This document shows positions 28,050-41,121 of a stretch of 64,000 nucleotides of DNA, piece by piece. The stretch covers positions 165,540,001 to 165,604,000 of the forward strand of contig JANJGN010000001.1 of assembly GCA_026770705.1 (NCBI GenBank), given 5' to 3'. The translations under genes and the position numbers were made by a program. The notes under the pieces were generated by a model that worked only from the letters and a program-made list of their open reading frames with translations, was not told the DNA's origin and made no database searches. How positions within the stretch are numbered: position 1 is the stretch's first letter; each line of letters starts with the position of its first letter. This DNA is from Isurus oxyrinchus. Its lineage: Eukaryota.

Positions 28050-28810
28050 ATCAGTCTGGAACAAAGAGGAGTAAGCTTGCCTATCAAACTGAGAGTTTAT
28101 AGAGCAATAGTCTTTGTTCTACACATGTGAGACCTGTGACATGCCAAGAAGCTCAACCACTTTCTCTTGAGATACCTTCAGAAGCTTCTGAAGATCAGAT
28201 GTCAGGACAAAATGCCAGAGGTGCTCACCTGAGCCGGCATACACACTATATTGAGACAGGCACAACTGAGTTAGGCTGGTCATGTACCCAGATCATGAAA
28301 CATACTTAGCAAAGTGAACCTTCTATGGACAGCTTGAGCCTGAGGCTTGCTGTTATGCAGGTCAAAGGAAGCACTATTAAGACTCACTTATGTGTTTTGA
28401 CATTGACTTCAAGTCCTGGAAGAAGCTCCCCCCCAGATCTCCACATTTGGCACAACCAAATCAAAAATAGCGCAGCCACCTTCGAATGCAAACATACATT
28501 GGAGGCAGAGAAAAAAGGCAAGGAGAGGAAATCCTGAGCCAACAACTCATCCAAAACTCAATTGCCTGCAATATCCTGCCTTATTTGCAGCAGAATCTTC
28601 CAGGTGCAAATTGGCCTTAGCAGTTACGTATGTACCAGTGGAACCCTACCATCCCAGATGATGAACATGGTCATCTTCATCCCAGGTGATGAACATGGTC
28701 ATCTTCATCCCAGGTGATGAACATGGTCATCTTCATCCCAGGTGATGAACATGGTCAACTACATCCCAGGTGATGAACATGGTCATCTTCACCTTGAAAG
28801 ATGAATAAGA
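28050..28810 (+). mobile_element. RTE-clade LINE 3' remnant
   Basis: Decayed LRWAGHV-like (LS*AGHVPR), QRKHY*DSL and terminal zinc-finger-like CLICSRIFQVQIGLSSY. Confidence 0.65.
28650..28789 (+). repeat. Minisatellite, 5 x 28 bp (CATCCCAGGTGATGAACATGGTCATCTT)
   Basis: Units start at 28650, 28678, 28706, 28734, 28762; head-to-tail with few mismatches. Confidence 0.95.
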
Positions 28811-29168
28811 AGGTGGCAAACAGGACCATCAGATATCATGATCTTACTCCTTAAAATCCTTCCTTAAACCCCTCTATTTACTTTTGGCCCCAGCTTCAAA
28901 AATCTCCTCCAGCCCATTTCTTTTACAAAGTTTTCAGTCACTCCAAATCTCCTTTGCTTGTTGTGTCCATTTTCCTTGCTCCTATTTGTGAAGCAACTTG
29001 GGATGTTTCTCGTGTTAAGGCGCTGTATAAATGCAAGTTAATGTTAGTCCTGGAATCAATCTATCTGCTGTCTCAGGATCTAGATTCATACAAAATAAAT
29101 TAAGTAAAAGTGTGTGTGATTTAGAGAAAATACAGCCTCCTTGAGCATAAACTGTATCTATTTTGCAG

Positions 29169-29366
29169 GAAAACAAGCCTGTTGGAACCAGTGTCCTACA
29201 GCTCCAAGTGATAGACAGGGATTCCTCGCACAATGGCCCTCCATTCACTTTTACAATCATTGGTGGAAATGAAGAGAATGAATTTCAGATAAATCCACAG
29301 GGTTTGCTTATATCATCATCTCATCTCAACCACAAGGCCAAAGATATGTATCTACTGCAAGTACAG
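29169..29366 (+). CDS. FAT1: FAT1 exon (~18) (ENKPVGTSVLQL...YLLQVQ)
   Basis: ttgcag|GAA...CAG|gtaaaa; 198 nt. Confidence 0.95.
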
Positions 29367-29428
29367 GTAAAAGCAGAATTTAATATTATGCTTTGCTATG
29401 TGCACAAAGTGTTCAGTTTTGTGATTGT

Positions 29429-30096
29429 GGGCAGAATTTTCCCCCCATCAGGGGGGTCGTTGAAGAGCAGACGTGGCCCCAATTTGGGGTGTGCTGCCAT
29501 TTTACATGGGCGGGCCAATTAAGGCCCACCCAGGATGATGTCCGCACAGAAGCACTATGCGCTCCCTGTGCAGTTGGGGGGAATCCCTAAACCCGAGAGT
29601 GCACTCTTTCGCGCATGCAAAGTGCTGCCTCAGGGAGATCAGCTGCACTTTGTAAAGTATTAAAAACAGAAAAAAAAAAATCACTGACATGTTCCCTCAT
29701 GTGACAATGTCACATGAGTTGGGACATATCCATAACTTTTAAAATCACTTTAATTAAATTTTTAAAAATCTACATGAAACCTCACCCTGCCTGTGGATGA
29801 GGTTTCATGCTTTTTCTGAAACCCACCAGGGCTCCTGGCCTGCCCACCAACCTTATGGTTGAACGGCAGGTCCATTAATCACTTTAATGACTCTGTCAGT
29901 GGCCTCAATCAGCCATTGACAGGTCGGCGGGTGTACAGCTGATTTTGCTGAGTCCCTGCCTACCTGAAAATTTAAATGGGATGCGGTGACATCAGGAGTT
30001 TCGCCTGACATCACCGCGCATCATTTTACGCGTCAGTGAGCGGGCCCTGCCCCCCCTTCCCCCCCCGCCCAACTCGCCGACAGGCAAATCCTGGCC
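29429..30096. mobile_element. PIF/Harbinger-type MITE
   Basis: tgt|GGGCAGAATTT...AAATCCTGGCC|tgt, 3-bp TSD; internal motifs shared with 37116-37809. Confidence 0.8.
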
Positions 30097-32449
30097 TGTG
30101 TCTCTGCATTGTCTAAGTGTTTTTCTTGTTACCCATAAGGCAGAATGAATTTGATGCGATTATAAGGGTAACTTTTGAGTTGCTGCAAAAGTTCAGATGA
30201 GCGCTTTGATCAGGTATTGGTACTCTATACAATTTATCTTTCATTCGTTTTAATAGACAGTAAATATGCAAATGGAGTATCTGGATGCCTTGACCTTTGC
30301 TCTAAATTCCCAATATTCACTCCTGTCACAAAAAACTCCCCGCAGAGAATGCTAGTGATTAAAAATTTACCCCATAATGACAAATTAAGCATGTTATCAC
30401 TTGTTGTATTAGTGTGCAACTAAACCACATAGTCTGATTTCTAGTCCATGGTGCGTTAGATAATCTTAACCTGTACAAACAAAAGTTGGCTCTCTCCCAT
30501 CTAATGATTGCTGACCAGTGACCCAAAGACCGACCAAAGTGCAAGGATATTGGGCTACACCTCCTGTACATCTCAATCTCCCCATGATAAAATAAGCCAG
30601 ACAGCACTCAGGGTGTGCTTACAGAGAAGGAATTGCCACTTTAGCAAGGTATTTAAGAGCGTCCACCACTCATAGATCTTTGGAACTGTACTGGAGTAAG
30701 GGAGTCAATATTATTAGAAGAAGAGGGAAGACATGTTTGGACAAGGTCTGAGGGAAAACTTCAGAAGATGAAAAACACCATTGACTTGTCCTTGCCAGAA
30801 GTAGGAAAAATTGAAATGAGCATTTTGAATTCAGGCATCCTGAGCACATTATAGACCATTAATATAATTGGTGGTACCGTATGGTGCTGCACAATGGAAC
30901 AGTTCAAGCTAATGATAAAGCTTTAGATATCATAATTTACCCACAATGCCTGGTATTTGAAATGTTTTATAAGTAAAGTAGAAATTTTTATTCAGCACCA
31001 ATAATTCAACAATTTTACCAGAACGACTGATATAGGTGTTTAATTTTAAAAATAATAAATTAAAGGGGAATGTATTTTTATAAGGGTAAATAGAAGAAAA
31101 GATGTTCATGACTTTCAACTGCTGGTTGCCCTGTTAATGAAGTGTTCAGCAATTGAAACTATCAAGAAAGTAGTGGCTGCTTCTTATTTGCCCAGGGCTC
31201 ATCAGATTCATTGGGTGCCCAGTGCTTTCACCTAACATAGATGGTTGTATGTGCAATTCAAGCTCCTTTGCCAGTTGTAGGATCCTATTTACAATTGCAA
31301 GCACAAATAAATAGAGTGAGCACTGTGCACATTCTGCACATTTGTACCAGGCAGAGAGTGGCCTAACCAGAGGTCCTTAAAGGGACAATAGAAGTTGCTC
31401 TATAAATGGCCTGGAAATATTTATATGGGGCCATGTTCCTACTTAGCCCACACAAATACTGTGCCCACTGCCACTGGCTGGATTGGGCACTCCTTCCCAT
31501 AGAGTACCTCTTCCACCCACTTCTCTTTCCTGTCAATTTCCAGCTTGACCTGCTCATGGAGCTGCTGGTTTTGTTGGCCCACTGGGTTTTGCAAGTGGAG
31601 TACAAGTTATGATTGAGTCCTGGGCAGTGCTTCTAGCTTAATCTGACCCTGAAAATAGTTTAGGTCTTCACCAAACTTTACATCTGTTTTAGGTGAGAGT
31701 TGAAAAATGCCATCAATTTATTCAAAATCCAGTGTAAATCCTGGATAGAGCCTGTGTTTTACTTTAGTTTCCATGGTAATTGTGGCTTCTGACATTCCTA
31801 TGGGAATCCTGTGTTCTGCCCATTATAAAGAAGCAGACACAAAGGAATGATGTAAGTTCAGAAGCTTACCTTGCAGCCTGCCCCTTCTGCGTTAGTGGCA
31901 ATGGGATTGATGCATTCATTATCTGTTTATAGTCCATTTTGAAAGAAAGACAGAAAATGTTCTATGAACATGCTGTTAACAATCTGTGGCCATACCTATC
32001 TTATTGCGATCAATAATTTGAAATAGCTGGGGCTCATGGGAATCTTTTTGTGCTGCCAGTGAAGCAGGTCTGCTCCTCTGAAATCAATGAATACAGGAAT
32101 TTCAGAGTCTGTCACCATGCCATTGAGGTAAAATAGAGGAGATACTCTAACTCCTAAGATTTATGCAGAGTGAGTACACGTCATTCTTATATTTCCCTTG
32201 TGTCTTGAGGATGAGAGTTATTCAATGTGAAACTTTGCAAATAGGCGCATCTTTTTATTGCATTGTTTCTAAAAGGAGTTTGAAAACATACTGAAAAGCT
32301 GTGCTTCAAAAAAGTCATTTTGAAAACACATCTGCATGCTCTGAAATAAAGCTATGTGATTTATAAAATGAATGTGAATTGCAGATAAATGCAGTTTAAA
32401 AAAAAAGCAATGGAATATTCTAATATCAGTTGAGTTTCTTTTTTTTTAG

Positions 32450-33251
32450 GTAACTGATAGTGGGCGACCTCCATTAACCTCATCAACCTTCATAAAGCTT
32501 AAAATTATTGAGGAAAGTATTTATCCTCCAGCTATTCTTCCCCTGGAAATCCACATAACTACTGTTGGAGATGAGTATGCAGGTGGTGTCATTGGAAAGA
32601 TTCATGCAACAGATCAGGACATTTATGACACTCTCACGTATAGTCTTGCATCAAACATGGGAAACTCATTTGCAGTTTCCAGTACGGATGGCAAAATGAT
32701 CGCACATAAGCTTTTGGATGTTGGACAATATGTTCTGAACGTCACTGTAACTGATGGTCAATTCACAACAGCTGCTGATGTATCTGTGCATGTTAAGCAA
32801 GTAACTGAAAATCAGGTCAACCACTCTATTGCCATTCGGTTTGCAAATATTACACCCGAAGAGTTTATAGGAGATTATTGGCGGAACTTCCAAAGAGCAT
32901 TACGAAATATTCTTGGCGTTAGAAGGCATGATATTCATGTTATTAGTTTGCAGCCTTCTGAACCACCTTCAAATTTGGATGTTCTCCTTACGGTCAATAA
33001 AGCAAGCAGTTCTTTCCATCTGCCTGAAGTCCTTTTCCACAAGCTGAACACCTCAGTAGTAGGCATTGAAGAAATGATGGGTGTCCGAATACTGAAAGTC
33101 ATTCATAAACTTTGTGCTGGCCTAGACTGCCCTATGAAATATTGTGAAGAAAAGATTACTATAGACACAAATGCCATGTCAACGCACAGCACTGCTAGGT
33201 TAAGCTTTGTAACCCCGCGGCATCACAGAACATCTGTCTGCCTTTGTAAAG
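32450..33251 (+). CDS. FAT1: FAT1 exon (~19): last cadherin repeat and membrane-proximal non-cadherin region
   Basis: ttttttag|GTA ACT GAT...AAA G|gtaagg; 802 nt; PEEFIGDYWRNFQRALRNILG and STARLSFVTPRHHR as in FAT1. Confidence 0.95.
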
Positions 33252-33738
33252 GTAAGGAGCATATTATAACATCAGTCAGCTCTGCAACTCTAAAAGCGTG
33301 TGTAGGATCCAATTGTATAGTACAGAAATGCTTGTCTGCTGATTTGTGTTTGACAAAAGTCTTATACATGTTTCTGGTAATATAGTACAATCCTTTTCGT
33401 AAAACTGTCACTTAGAGCAACTATGGAAAGTTGTTCAGCAAGACCAGTGTTTTTATAACCCATATTATTGTATACCTGATGCAGCTTTTTAACAAGGCTT
33501 TGTCATGCTACCTAAATAGCATACAAACTAACAATAAATGTGTCTATAGGGACAAGTGATTTTTTTTTATTAGAACATGTTTGCACTATTTGTCATTGTT
33601 GAACTGTGTCTAATTGTTTTGATGAATATATTAAATAGAAGGTAAATATTGAAATGTCGATGTATCGATGATGCTGTAGAAAAATGCTTTTTGAACGTTG
33701 TGTTTTATATTGAACAATTTATGTTTTTATTTTTCTAG

Positions 33739-33870
33739 GCAGCAAATGCCGTTTGGTGCATAAACCCTGTGAAGGTAATCGTTGTTCTCCTGATACTGAA
33801 TGTGTATCTGATGCAAAGGGAGAGAATTATAATTGTTTATGCAATAATGCCAAAGTCGGTCAATGCTCTG
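33739..33870 (+). CDS. FAT1: FAT1 exon (~20), EGF-like domain 1
   Basis: ttctag|GC AGC AAA TGC...TCT G|gtaagg; 132 nt, Cys-rich open frame. Confidence 0.92.
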
Positions 33871-34032
33871 GTAAGGATTTTCCATATAACACATTTTAAA
33901 ATTTGAACAAAAGGTTCATTCATCATAGTGCAAATATATTTATAATGCAAGTTTTCACTTTGTATTTGTCATATTTATTTGATGGCTTTTTTTAGTGAGT
34001 GGGCTAGTGAGTCCTTTGCCTTGAATTTTCAG

Positions 34033-34190
34033 GTGGTGCTTCTCTGTCATTCAATGGTAATAGTTTTGTGAAATATCGCCTCATGGAAAATGAAAACAAA
34101 GAAGAAATGAAACTCTCACTACGCCTACGGACTTATCATCCACATGCAGTTGTTATGTATGCTAGAGGAACGGACTACAGCATTCTAGAG
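34033..34190 (+). CDS. FAT1: FAT1 exon (~21), laminin-G N-terminal part (SFNGNSFVKYRL...DYSILE)
   Basis: ttttcag|GT...GAG|gtacac; 158 nt. Confidence 0.94.
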
Positions 34191-34541
34191 GTACACGCTT
34201 CTCAAGTAATACGGGGCAAAAATTACTGAGTACTATTCTTAGTATTTGATTAATTCAGATGTAAAATTCCAACTTATGCAATTTTTAACCAGTTTATTTA
34301 AAATATGATTTAGCAATATGGTTAATCTGGGAATTTTACATGACCCTCTTAACTAAAAAAAAAATTAAATAGTGCTAAATCACGCATTTTTTTTCCCCCA
34401 TGAGAGGAACTTGTGCAGCTTATGTGCGTAAAAGTGAATATTTGAGTTGCCATACTGGAATCACAGGTATCTGTTACTATCCTTTGTTGTGTCACGTATT
34501 CTAAACTACTCAAATTTGATCAGGAGAAGCAACATTATTTT

Positions 34542-34598
34542 AAACAAGAACAAAAACTGCTGGAAAACCTCAGCAGATCTGACAACATCTGTGGATAG
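34542..34598 (-). mobile_element. Short Penelope-like pLTR fragment
   Basis: ctgctggaaaacctcagcagatctgacaacatctgtgga resembles the left arm at 19240-19290. Confidence 0.6.
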
Positions 34599-34795
34599 GG
34601 GATTTAGATTAATTTTAATTTAAAAAATGATTGCCATCCTATAGGTTATGATCTTGAACTTACGAATTATTTGAATTCATGGCAGTTAGTACAAACCTAA
34701 AGTGTGTTATCATCCATCTAAATCCATCAATCTTTTCAGTTTTATGAAACAAATAAAAAATGATTCTATTCAATATTCTCACTGCTGTTTTGCAG

Positions 34796-35258
34796 ATTAA
34801 CAATGGAAGGCTGCAGTACAAATTTGACTGTGGCAGTGGTCCAGGGACTGTTTCTGTACAGAGCATTCAGATCAATGATGGCGAATGGCATTCTGTTTCA
34901 CTGGCAGTTGATGGCAATTATGCAAGACTGGTTCTGGACAGGGTACACACAGCAGCTGGCACAGCTCCAGGCACCCTGAGGACACTAAACTTGGACAACT
35001 TTTTGTACTTTGGTGGCCATATCCGACAGCCACACACAAAGCATGGTAGAAGCATGCAGATCAGTAATGGCTTTAGAGGGTGTCTGGAGTCCATTATGCT
35101 AAATGGTCAGGAGTTACCTTTGAGCAGTAAGCCAAGAGTTTACGCAGTCATGGAGGAATCAGTTGAAATGTCTCCTGGATGTTCTCTGGTGCTAGCAGAA
35201 GGCTGTTTGAGCAGTCCATGCCTGAACAGTGGCACATGCTCTTCATTGTCCAGTGGAG
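34796..35258 (+). CDS. FAT1: FAT1 exon (~22), laminin-G domain and start of the next EGF
   Basis: ttgcag|ATT...GGA G|gtgagt; 463 nt; INDGEWHSV and GFRGCLES LamG motifs. Confidence 0.95.
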
Positions 35259-36161
35259 GTGAGTTGATCACTTAAAAGTATAAAAATACTAGCGATGAAG
35301 AGTGAGATGCAGAATGTTTTAAATATGATATTTAGCATCTCAGTCATAGTCATTACAGCACAGAAGAAAGCCATTTGGCCATTCGGTTCCATGCTGTTTC
35401 ACTGTAGAGCAGTCCAGTCCATCCCATTCTCCTGTTCTATCCCTATAGCCCTGGCAAGTTTATTTCACTCAAGTGCCCATCCAATTTCCTTTTGCAATCA
35501 TTAATCAGCTCCACTTCCATCATCCTCCTCAGCAGCACGTTTTGGTTCATTACCACTGGCCGGCGTCAAAAATGTTCTTCCTCACATTCCCCCTTCATTT
35601 CTTGCCCAAAACCTTAAATCTGTATTCCCTAGTTCTTGTACCAGCAGCCAATGGGCTGTCTATCTTATTTAAACCCGTGATATTTTTGTACACCTCTATC
35701 TTCCTTTAAACTCCTTTACTCCAAGGAGAATAACCTCACCTTCTCCAACCTAACCTTGTAGCTGAAATCCCTTACCTCTGTAACCATTCAATTTAGTCTT
35801 TATTATATGTAAATATACTGCAATAACCAGGTTTCACTTGATGGTTTGCTGTAATTACTGATGATTACTTGAGTGAAAGTAAACCGTGCAGAAACCAGTG
35901 TGAATAGCAGCTGTATTGTTCATTCGTATCTTTAACAATATGTTCAGTAATTAAACAGCATTAGAAAGCTTGGAATAAGAATTAGCCATATAACCCATCC
36001 ATTCTGCTTTTTCAGTGAATTTTCTCCAATCTATTATGAATTCTGCTCTAAACATTTAGTGGCCTGAGACAAAGCTCTGTGAAAAATAAACTAATTGATC
36101 CCAAGCGAAACCCTTCAATATTCATATTTTCAATGCTAACCTACTGTTCCCCAGACACTAT

Positions 36162-37050
36162 GGGTTGATAATGCGGGGTGTGGACAGCTTGCCCCCCCCA
36201 AAGCAAAGTAGGTGTAGAGCCGATATGCTCCATGCTGCCCCACCTCACAGCCATAATGTGCTGTGGGGAGGCTAAACTATCGTTAGATGGGACTTCTGCC
36301 CCTCACTGGGCCAGCAGCTCTATCGGTCTCAGCAGCACCAAGAGCACACCAGCGGCAGCTGCTGGCACTGCAGGAGAAGAAGGAAGAAGGCCCATGGATC
36401 CCTGGAGTTTGGGGTCTTGGCCAGGGAGGGGGGTGCAGGGTGTGAGACTGGAGAAGGGGGGAAGTGGGTCTAAGGTTGCGTGTGGGTAGGAAAGAAGGAG
36501 GTTTGACCTTAGGGCGGCTGCCCACGTTCAGCAAAGGGTAGCCGCCAAAGAGCGAATCCCCCCCTTCCTATCCACCCTTTGAGGAACGTTTTTTAAAAAT
36601 CAGGCTGCCAGCTGCTGCCCACAAATAACCTCATTGATCCCAAGCGAAACCCTTCAATATTCAAATTTTCACCGCTAACCTACTCTTCCCCAGACACTAT
36701 GGGTTGATAATGCGGGGTGTGGACAGCTTACCCCAAAGCAAAATAGGTGTGGAGCCGATATGCTCCATGCTGCCCCACCTCACAGCCATAATGTGCTCTA
36801 TGGGCAGCGCATTATCAGAGTCAGTTGGCTTGATAACAAGCCTAATTGACCCTTGAATACACGTTTGAATATGCTGGGCAGGCTGCTGATTTTGGCACCT
36901 GCCCACCCCCCTATTATGGGTGTGAGCTCAGGGTGGGTGGAAAGCTGGTGGGGTGGGCATTGGCACCCGCCCTATTTTACATGCCCCCCCCCCCCCCCCC
37001 CCCCCACCATACCCAAAACACAGCAGGCAGGGGCATATAAAATACAGCCC
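36162..37050. mobile_element. Harbinger-type MITE containing a duplication of its own left junction
   Basis: GGGTTGATAAT...AAATACAGCCC termini; 36084-36262 is repeated at 36623-36797. Confidence 0.6.
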
Positions 37051-37115
37051 ATGTCTGCTTCTTATATTCTGTGGAGTATTTTGCCATCTCCATTCATACT
37101 AGCCCATAAAACTAT

Positions 37116-37809
37116 GGGCAGGATTTTTAGGTCGACGTGCGGGCACGATAGGCGAGCCCAGGAGCGGCCAGGGGAAGGGCCGCCACCTTCGATTGGCCTC
37201 CGACTGCATTTCATACTGGCTGGCCAATTAATGCCCAGCCAGCATGAAGCGCATGCTGAAATGCTCAGTGCTACCTGGGTGGGGGCAGAAGGAGGGCAGG
37301 CGCTGACGTAAGCACGGGCGCAGGCGAGTGCTGAATGAAAGCTCCCTGAAGGCAAAGAGCTGCCTCGGGGAGCTGAAGACTTCCAAACAATTAAATAAAA
37401 AGATTTTAAAATCAGGAGAAAAAAAACCCCACAACATCAGAATCAGTCACCTGATCATATACATGATGAAAATTCTGCCCATACGTTTTTAGTTCTTTTA
37501 TTTAATAACGGAAACCTCTTCCCACCCTTGGATGAGGTTTCATCAAAAATGTAAAGTCCTCCTGGCAGATTCGCCCGTCTGCCAACCGTAAGGTTGGACG
37601 GATGATGAAAAATCGGGCGTGGTTGGAACTTTAACAACTTTAATTGTCGTCTTAATTGTCGGCAGGCGCTCTTCCTACACTCGCACATGCCCTCCAACCA
37701 AAACATCGCACAAGCGTGGGATGACATCGGGACCCTCGCCAGACGTCATCACGTGCAATTTTGCATTGGGGCGGCCGCACGCCTGCGCACTGACCTAAAA
37801 ATTCTGCCC
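37116..37809. mobile_element. PIF/Harbinger-type MITE with 18-bp TIRs
   Basis: GGGCAGGATTTTTAGGTC ... GACCTAAAAATTCTGCCC (17/18 match); CpG-rich, so probably young. Confidence 0.85.
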
Positions 37810-38927
37810 TGTGAAATCTTAATCTTAACCTAGTGTTTATTCTGTTCCTTTTTGAATGAGTTAGTAATCGAACCTTTGCCTACTTTTGCTGTGAATCTGT
37901 TTCATGTAAGCTACTACTTTGTAAAATGGAAAATTATCCTCTCATCATGCTCACAATTTGTTAGGTTTAAACCTCTGTTTTCCAAGCCAAGTGGACTATA
38001 TTTACATTATCTATGCTTCTCAGTACTTTTAAAGACCTGCATCCTGGTTTTATGTTCAGTTCAACAGGCCATTGGGACTCTTAAATGTTGCATTTGGCTG
38101 TTTATTTTTCAACCATAGAAGTATTGACATCTTACAGAATGCAGTATCCTTAGCGATCCGGGAGGCTGCTTCCCACAAAAATTCTCAATTGGTAATGCTC
38201 TTTAAGGAGCGTCTAATCATTCCAGTTACCACCATCCTGTACAATTGGAATACACACAAAGGTCAGCCGGTATATGTAAAATCACTGGTAATTGACAGTG
38301 GTTTTAGATTTGATTTTAAACAGCTGGTTTTATGACATTTGAATTAAATAGCCACAGAGCAAAAACCCATTTCATCATGGATAAACCAGTTTTACGTTTG
38401 CACACTAAATAAGATATGCCATTCTATTCACAACATCATTCAGAATACAACCACCATGCTCCTTTCATTTTTGTTACAAGGGATTAAAATTTAAACAACC
38501 TCTAAGAACATTTTAATACTGTAAAAGTTAATGTTCTGAACCACACCATGTCACAATAAGAAAGAAAGGATCTTCAACTAATCTGTATGAAAGCATTAAA
38601 CATAGCAATACCACAGAATTCTATGTTTCTCTGCAATAAACAGATCTGCGAACAATAAGGAGCTTGACCCGTGACGTCTTTACTTAGAGCACAACATCCA
38701 GAACTTTAAGGCATATTTCTTCATTTGATGATAGTTGCATACATACCAGCAATTTCCATTCATAAGCTTTTACTCAGCTAAAATCATAATAAACTTAAAA
38801 TTTAAGTTCAATTGAGTGCATATATATTCTGAATACTTTTTATTTCTTATTGCAGTTTTAATATTAGTTTTATAATTCCTTAATTATCTTTAGTCACCCC
38901 ATTTTACATGAACTTCTATTTTTGCAG

Positions 38928-39081
38928 GTTATTTTTGTAAATGTACTTCTTTGTTCATGGGTATTCATTGTGAGGTTGCAGTCAGCCCTTGTGCCTCTAA
39001 CCCATGTCTATATGGTGGAACTTGCATTCCAGTGAATGATGACTATATCTGTCAATGTAGAGGACAGTACACAGGACAAAG
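38928..39081 (+). CDS. FAT1: FAT1 exon (~23), EGF repeats
   Basis: ttgcag|GT TAT...CAA AG|gttagt; 154 nt; CASNPCLYGGTC. Confidence 0.94.
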
Positions 39082-40289
39082 GTTAGTTTTTCTGTCATAT
39101 ACTGGACAGAATTTTAATTGAAATCGTAAATTGGATAAGGTACCTTGTTCAACTGTATAAACTGGTCCATCTTTTTCTGACACTGAAAGGCGTTATTTAG
39201 AATTTGTTTAAAATATGTTACTGAGATTGAAAGCATATGTTCTGTACCTTTTTGGAGGCTGTCAGCTGAATTTTAAACTGTTTTGACTATATTACTTTGA
39301 AGATGGTACAATGATAACGGAATTTTAGGGATTGTTCTGGTAAAGCAAAGCATGCACATGTTTCTGATCTTTAAAAGTGTCAATAGCCTAAATGTATCTT
39401 GAAAACAGTTAAGTTGTTTTTTTTTAAAACACCTTTTCAAATCCAGGTTATGTTATGAAAAATTTGTTTTAATTTTTTGCATTTTGACTCTTTTCAACAA
39501 TCTAGTAGTAAACCTGTGGCTGTATTGAAAAGCACTGAGCTAAAGTTGAACCTTTATCTATTAGTGCAAGAAATCTCCATCAGTCAGTGGGAGATAAATG
39601 TGTAAATATGTTGCTCATCCTTGCTGATGATAGGAATTATTTAACCATAATGATGGATGAATTTGAATAAAAGACAGTAAAAATGGAAGGCAATTGGTGA
39701 ATAGTCCCTACCTTTATGTTCTGTCCATTTGAAACATCAATTTTTCTAAACACATAGCTTTTTCACATCGTGCCAAAAACAGTTTTTAATTGTGAATAGT
39801 ATTTCATCATATATTTTCAAATAAGGTATATTATAATTTCATATTCCCCTTAAGCTTTCAAATGACATGGGATGAATGTGCGAGCCATGTAGGATGAAAA
39901 TGTCTTTGGTGTATTATCTTTAGCAAAATCATGAATGCATCCTTTATAAACAGTGTTAAAGTGTAGTGCATCACATGTAGCGCACAGAGGATGCTCTCTT
40001 TGTTTGCGATTGAACTTTTACTTCTTGATACTCACTAGCAGTTTCTATCCATGGGACTAAAATTCAACTTTGGTGGAGGCAGAAACTTCACTGAAAAGGA
40101 AGATCAGGCAGGGTGGATAACGGGCGGTTGATCCACCTCCATCCATTTTGATCCCCTGCCAAAATTGAATTTTACTCCCCTGATCATCTCTTTGGTTTCA
40201 ATCTGTCCACAAAAACTGAAAATTAATCAGTTGCCACATGCTCCCTATGAACTACAGCAATTTTGTAATTTAATCTGTATCAATTTTAG

Positions 40290-40400
40290 GTGTCAGATGG
40301 GTCCATACTGCAAAGATAATCCTTGTAAAAATAATGGCAGATGTATCGATAGCCTTGATGGCCCTGTTTGTGAGTGTGAACGAGGTTACCATGGAGAAAG
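40290..40400 (+). CDS. FAT1: FAT1 exon (~24), EGF repeat
   Basis: ttttag|G TGT...GAA AG|gtttgt; 111 nt; CKDNPCKNNGRC. Confidence 0.94.
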
Positions 40401-40492
40401 GTTTGTATTTTCCATTCCTGCACCTTCAGATGAATTTTTTTTCAGTATTATTCTTCCAAGGAATTCAACTTTTCCTTTAATTATTGCCCTAG

Positions 40493-41121
40493 ATGCTTGG
40501 CTGATATTGATGAATGTCACGAAAATCCATGCCTCAATGAAGGCAGGTGTGAAAACACATATGGATCCTTCTCTTGCAACTGTTCCCACGGCTTTGTTGG
40601 AAAACTTTGTGATGATACTGTTGTTAACAAATATGTATCGACACCCTGGAACATTGGCCTAGGAGAAGTTATTGGAATCATAGTCTTTGTAGCATCCATA
40701 TTCATCCTTGTTTTAGTCTTTGTTGGCTTCCGTAAGAAGATTTGTAAAAAGAAGCATCGTAATGATACTGGTGAAAAACGCATTGGAGCTACGACGTCTT
40801 TCTTGCAAAAGAACTACTTTGATTCTAAAATTAGTAAAACCATTTATTCAGATATTCCACCACAGGTGCCTGTTCGTCCAATTTCTTATACTCCCAGTAT
40901 ACCCAGTGACTCTAGAAACAACCTTGACCGAAATTCTTTTGAAGGATCTGCTATACCAGAACATCCAGAGTTCAGCACCTTCAACCCAGACTCAATGCAT
41001 GGCCATCGGAAAACTGTGGCCGTGTGCAGCGTTGCTCCAAACCTACCTCCTCCGCCTCCATCCAACTCTCCTTCAGACTGTGATTCCATACAAAAACCTA
41101 GTTGGGACTATGAATATGATG
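40493..41121 (+). CDS. FAT1: FAT1 exon (~25): Ca-binding EGF, transmembrane helix, juxtamembrane tail
   Basis: ccctag|A TGC...GAT G|gtaagt; DIDEC EGF_CA; TM VIGIIVFVASIFILVLVFVGF followed by RKK; PPQVPVRPISYTPSIP; NLPPPPPS. Confidence 0.96.

Noticed and set aside
28650-28789. 28-bp repeats as a CRISPR array
   Set aside because: Units are head-to-tail with no unique spacers; vertebrate intron; no cas genes
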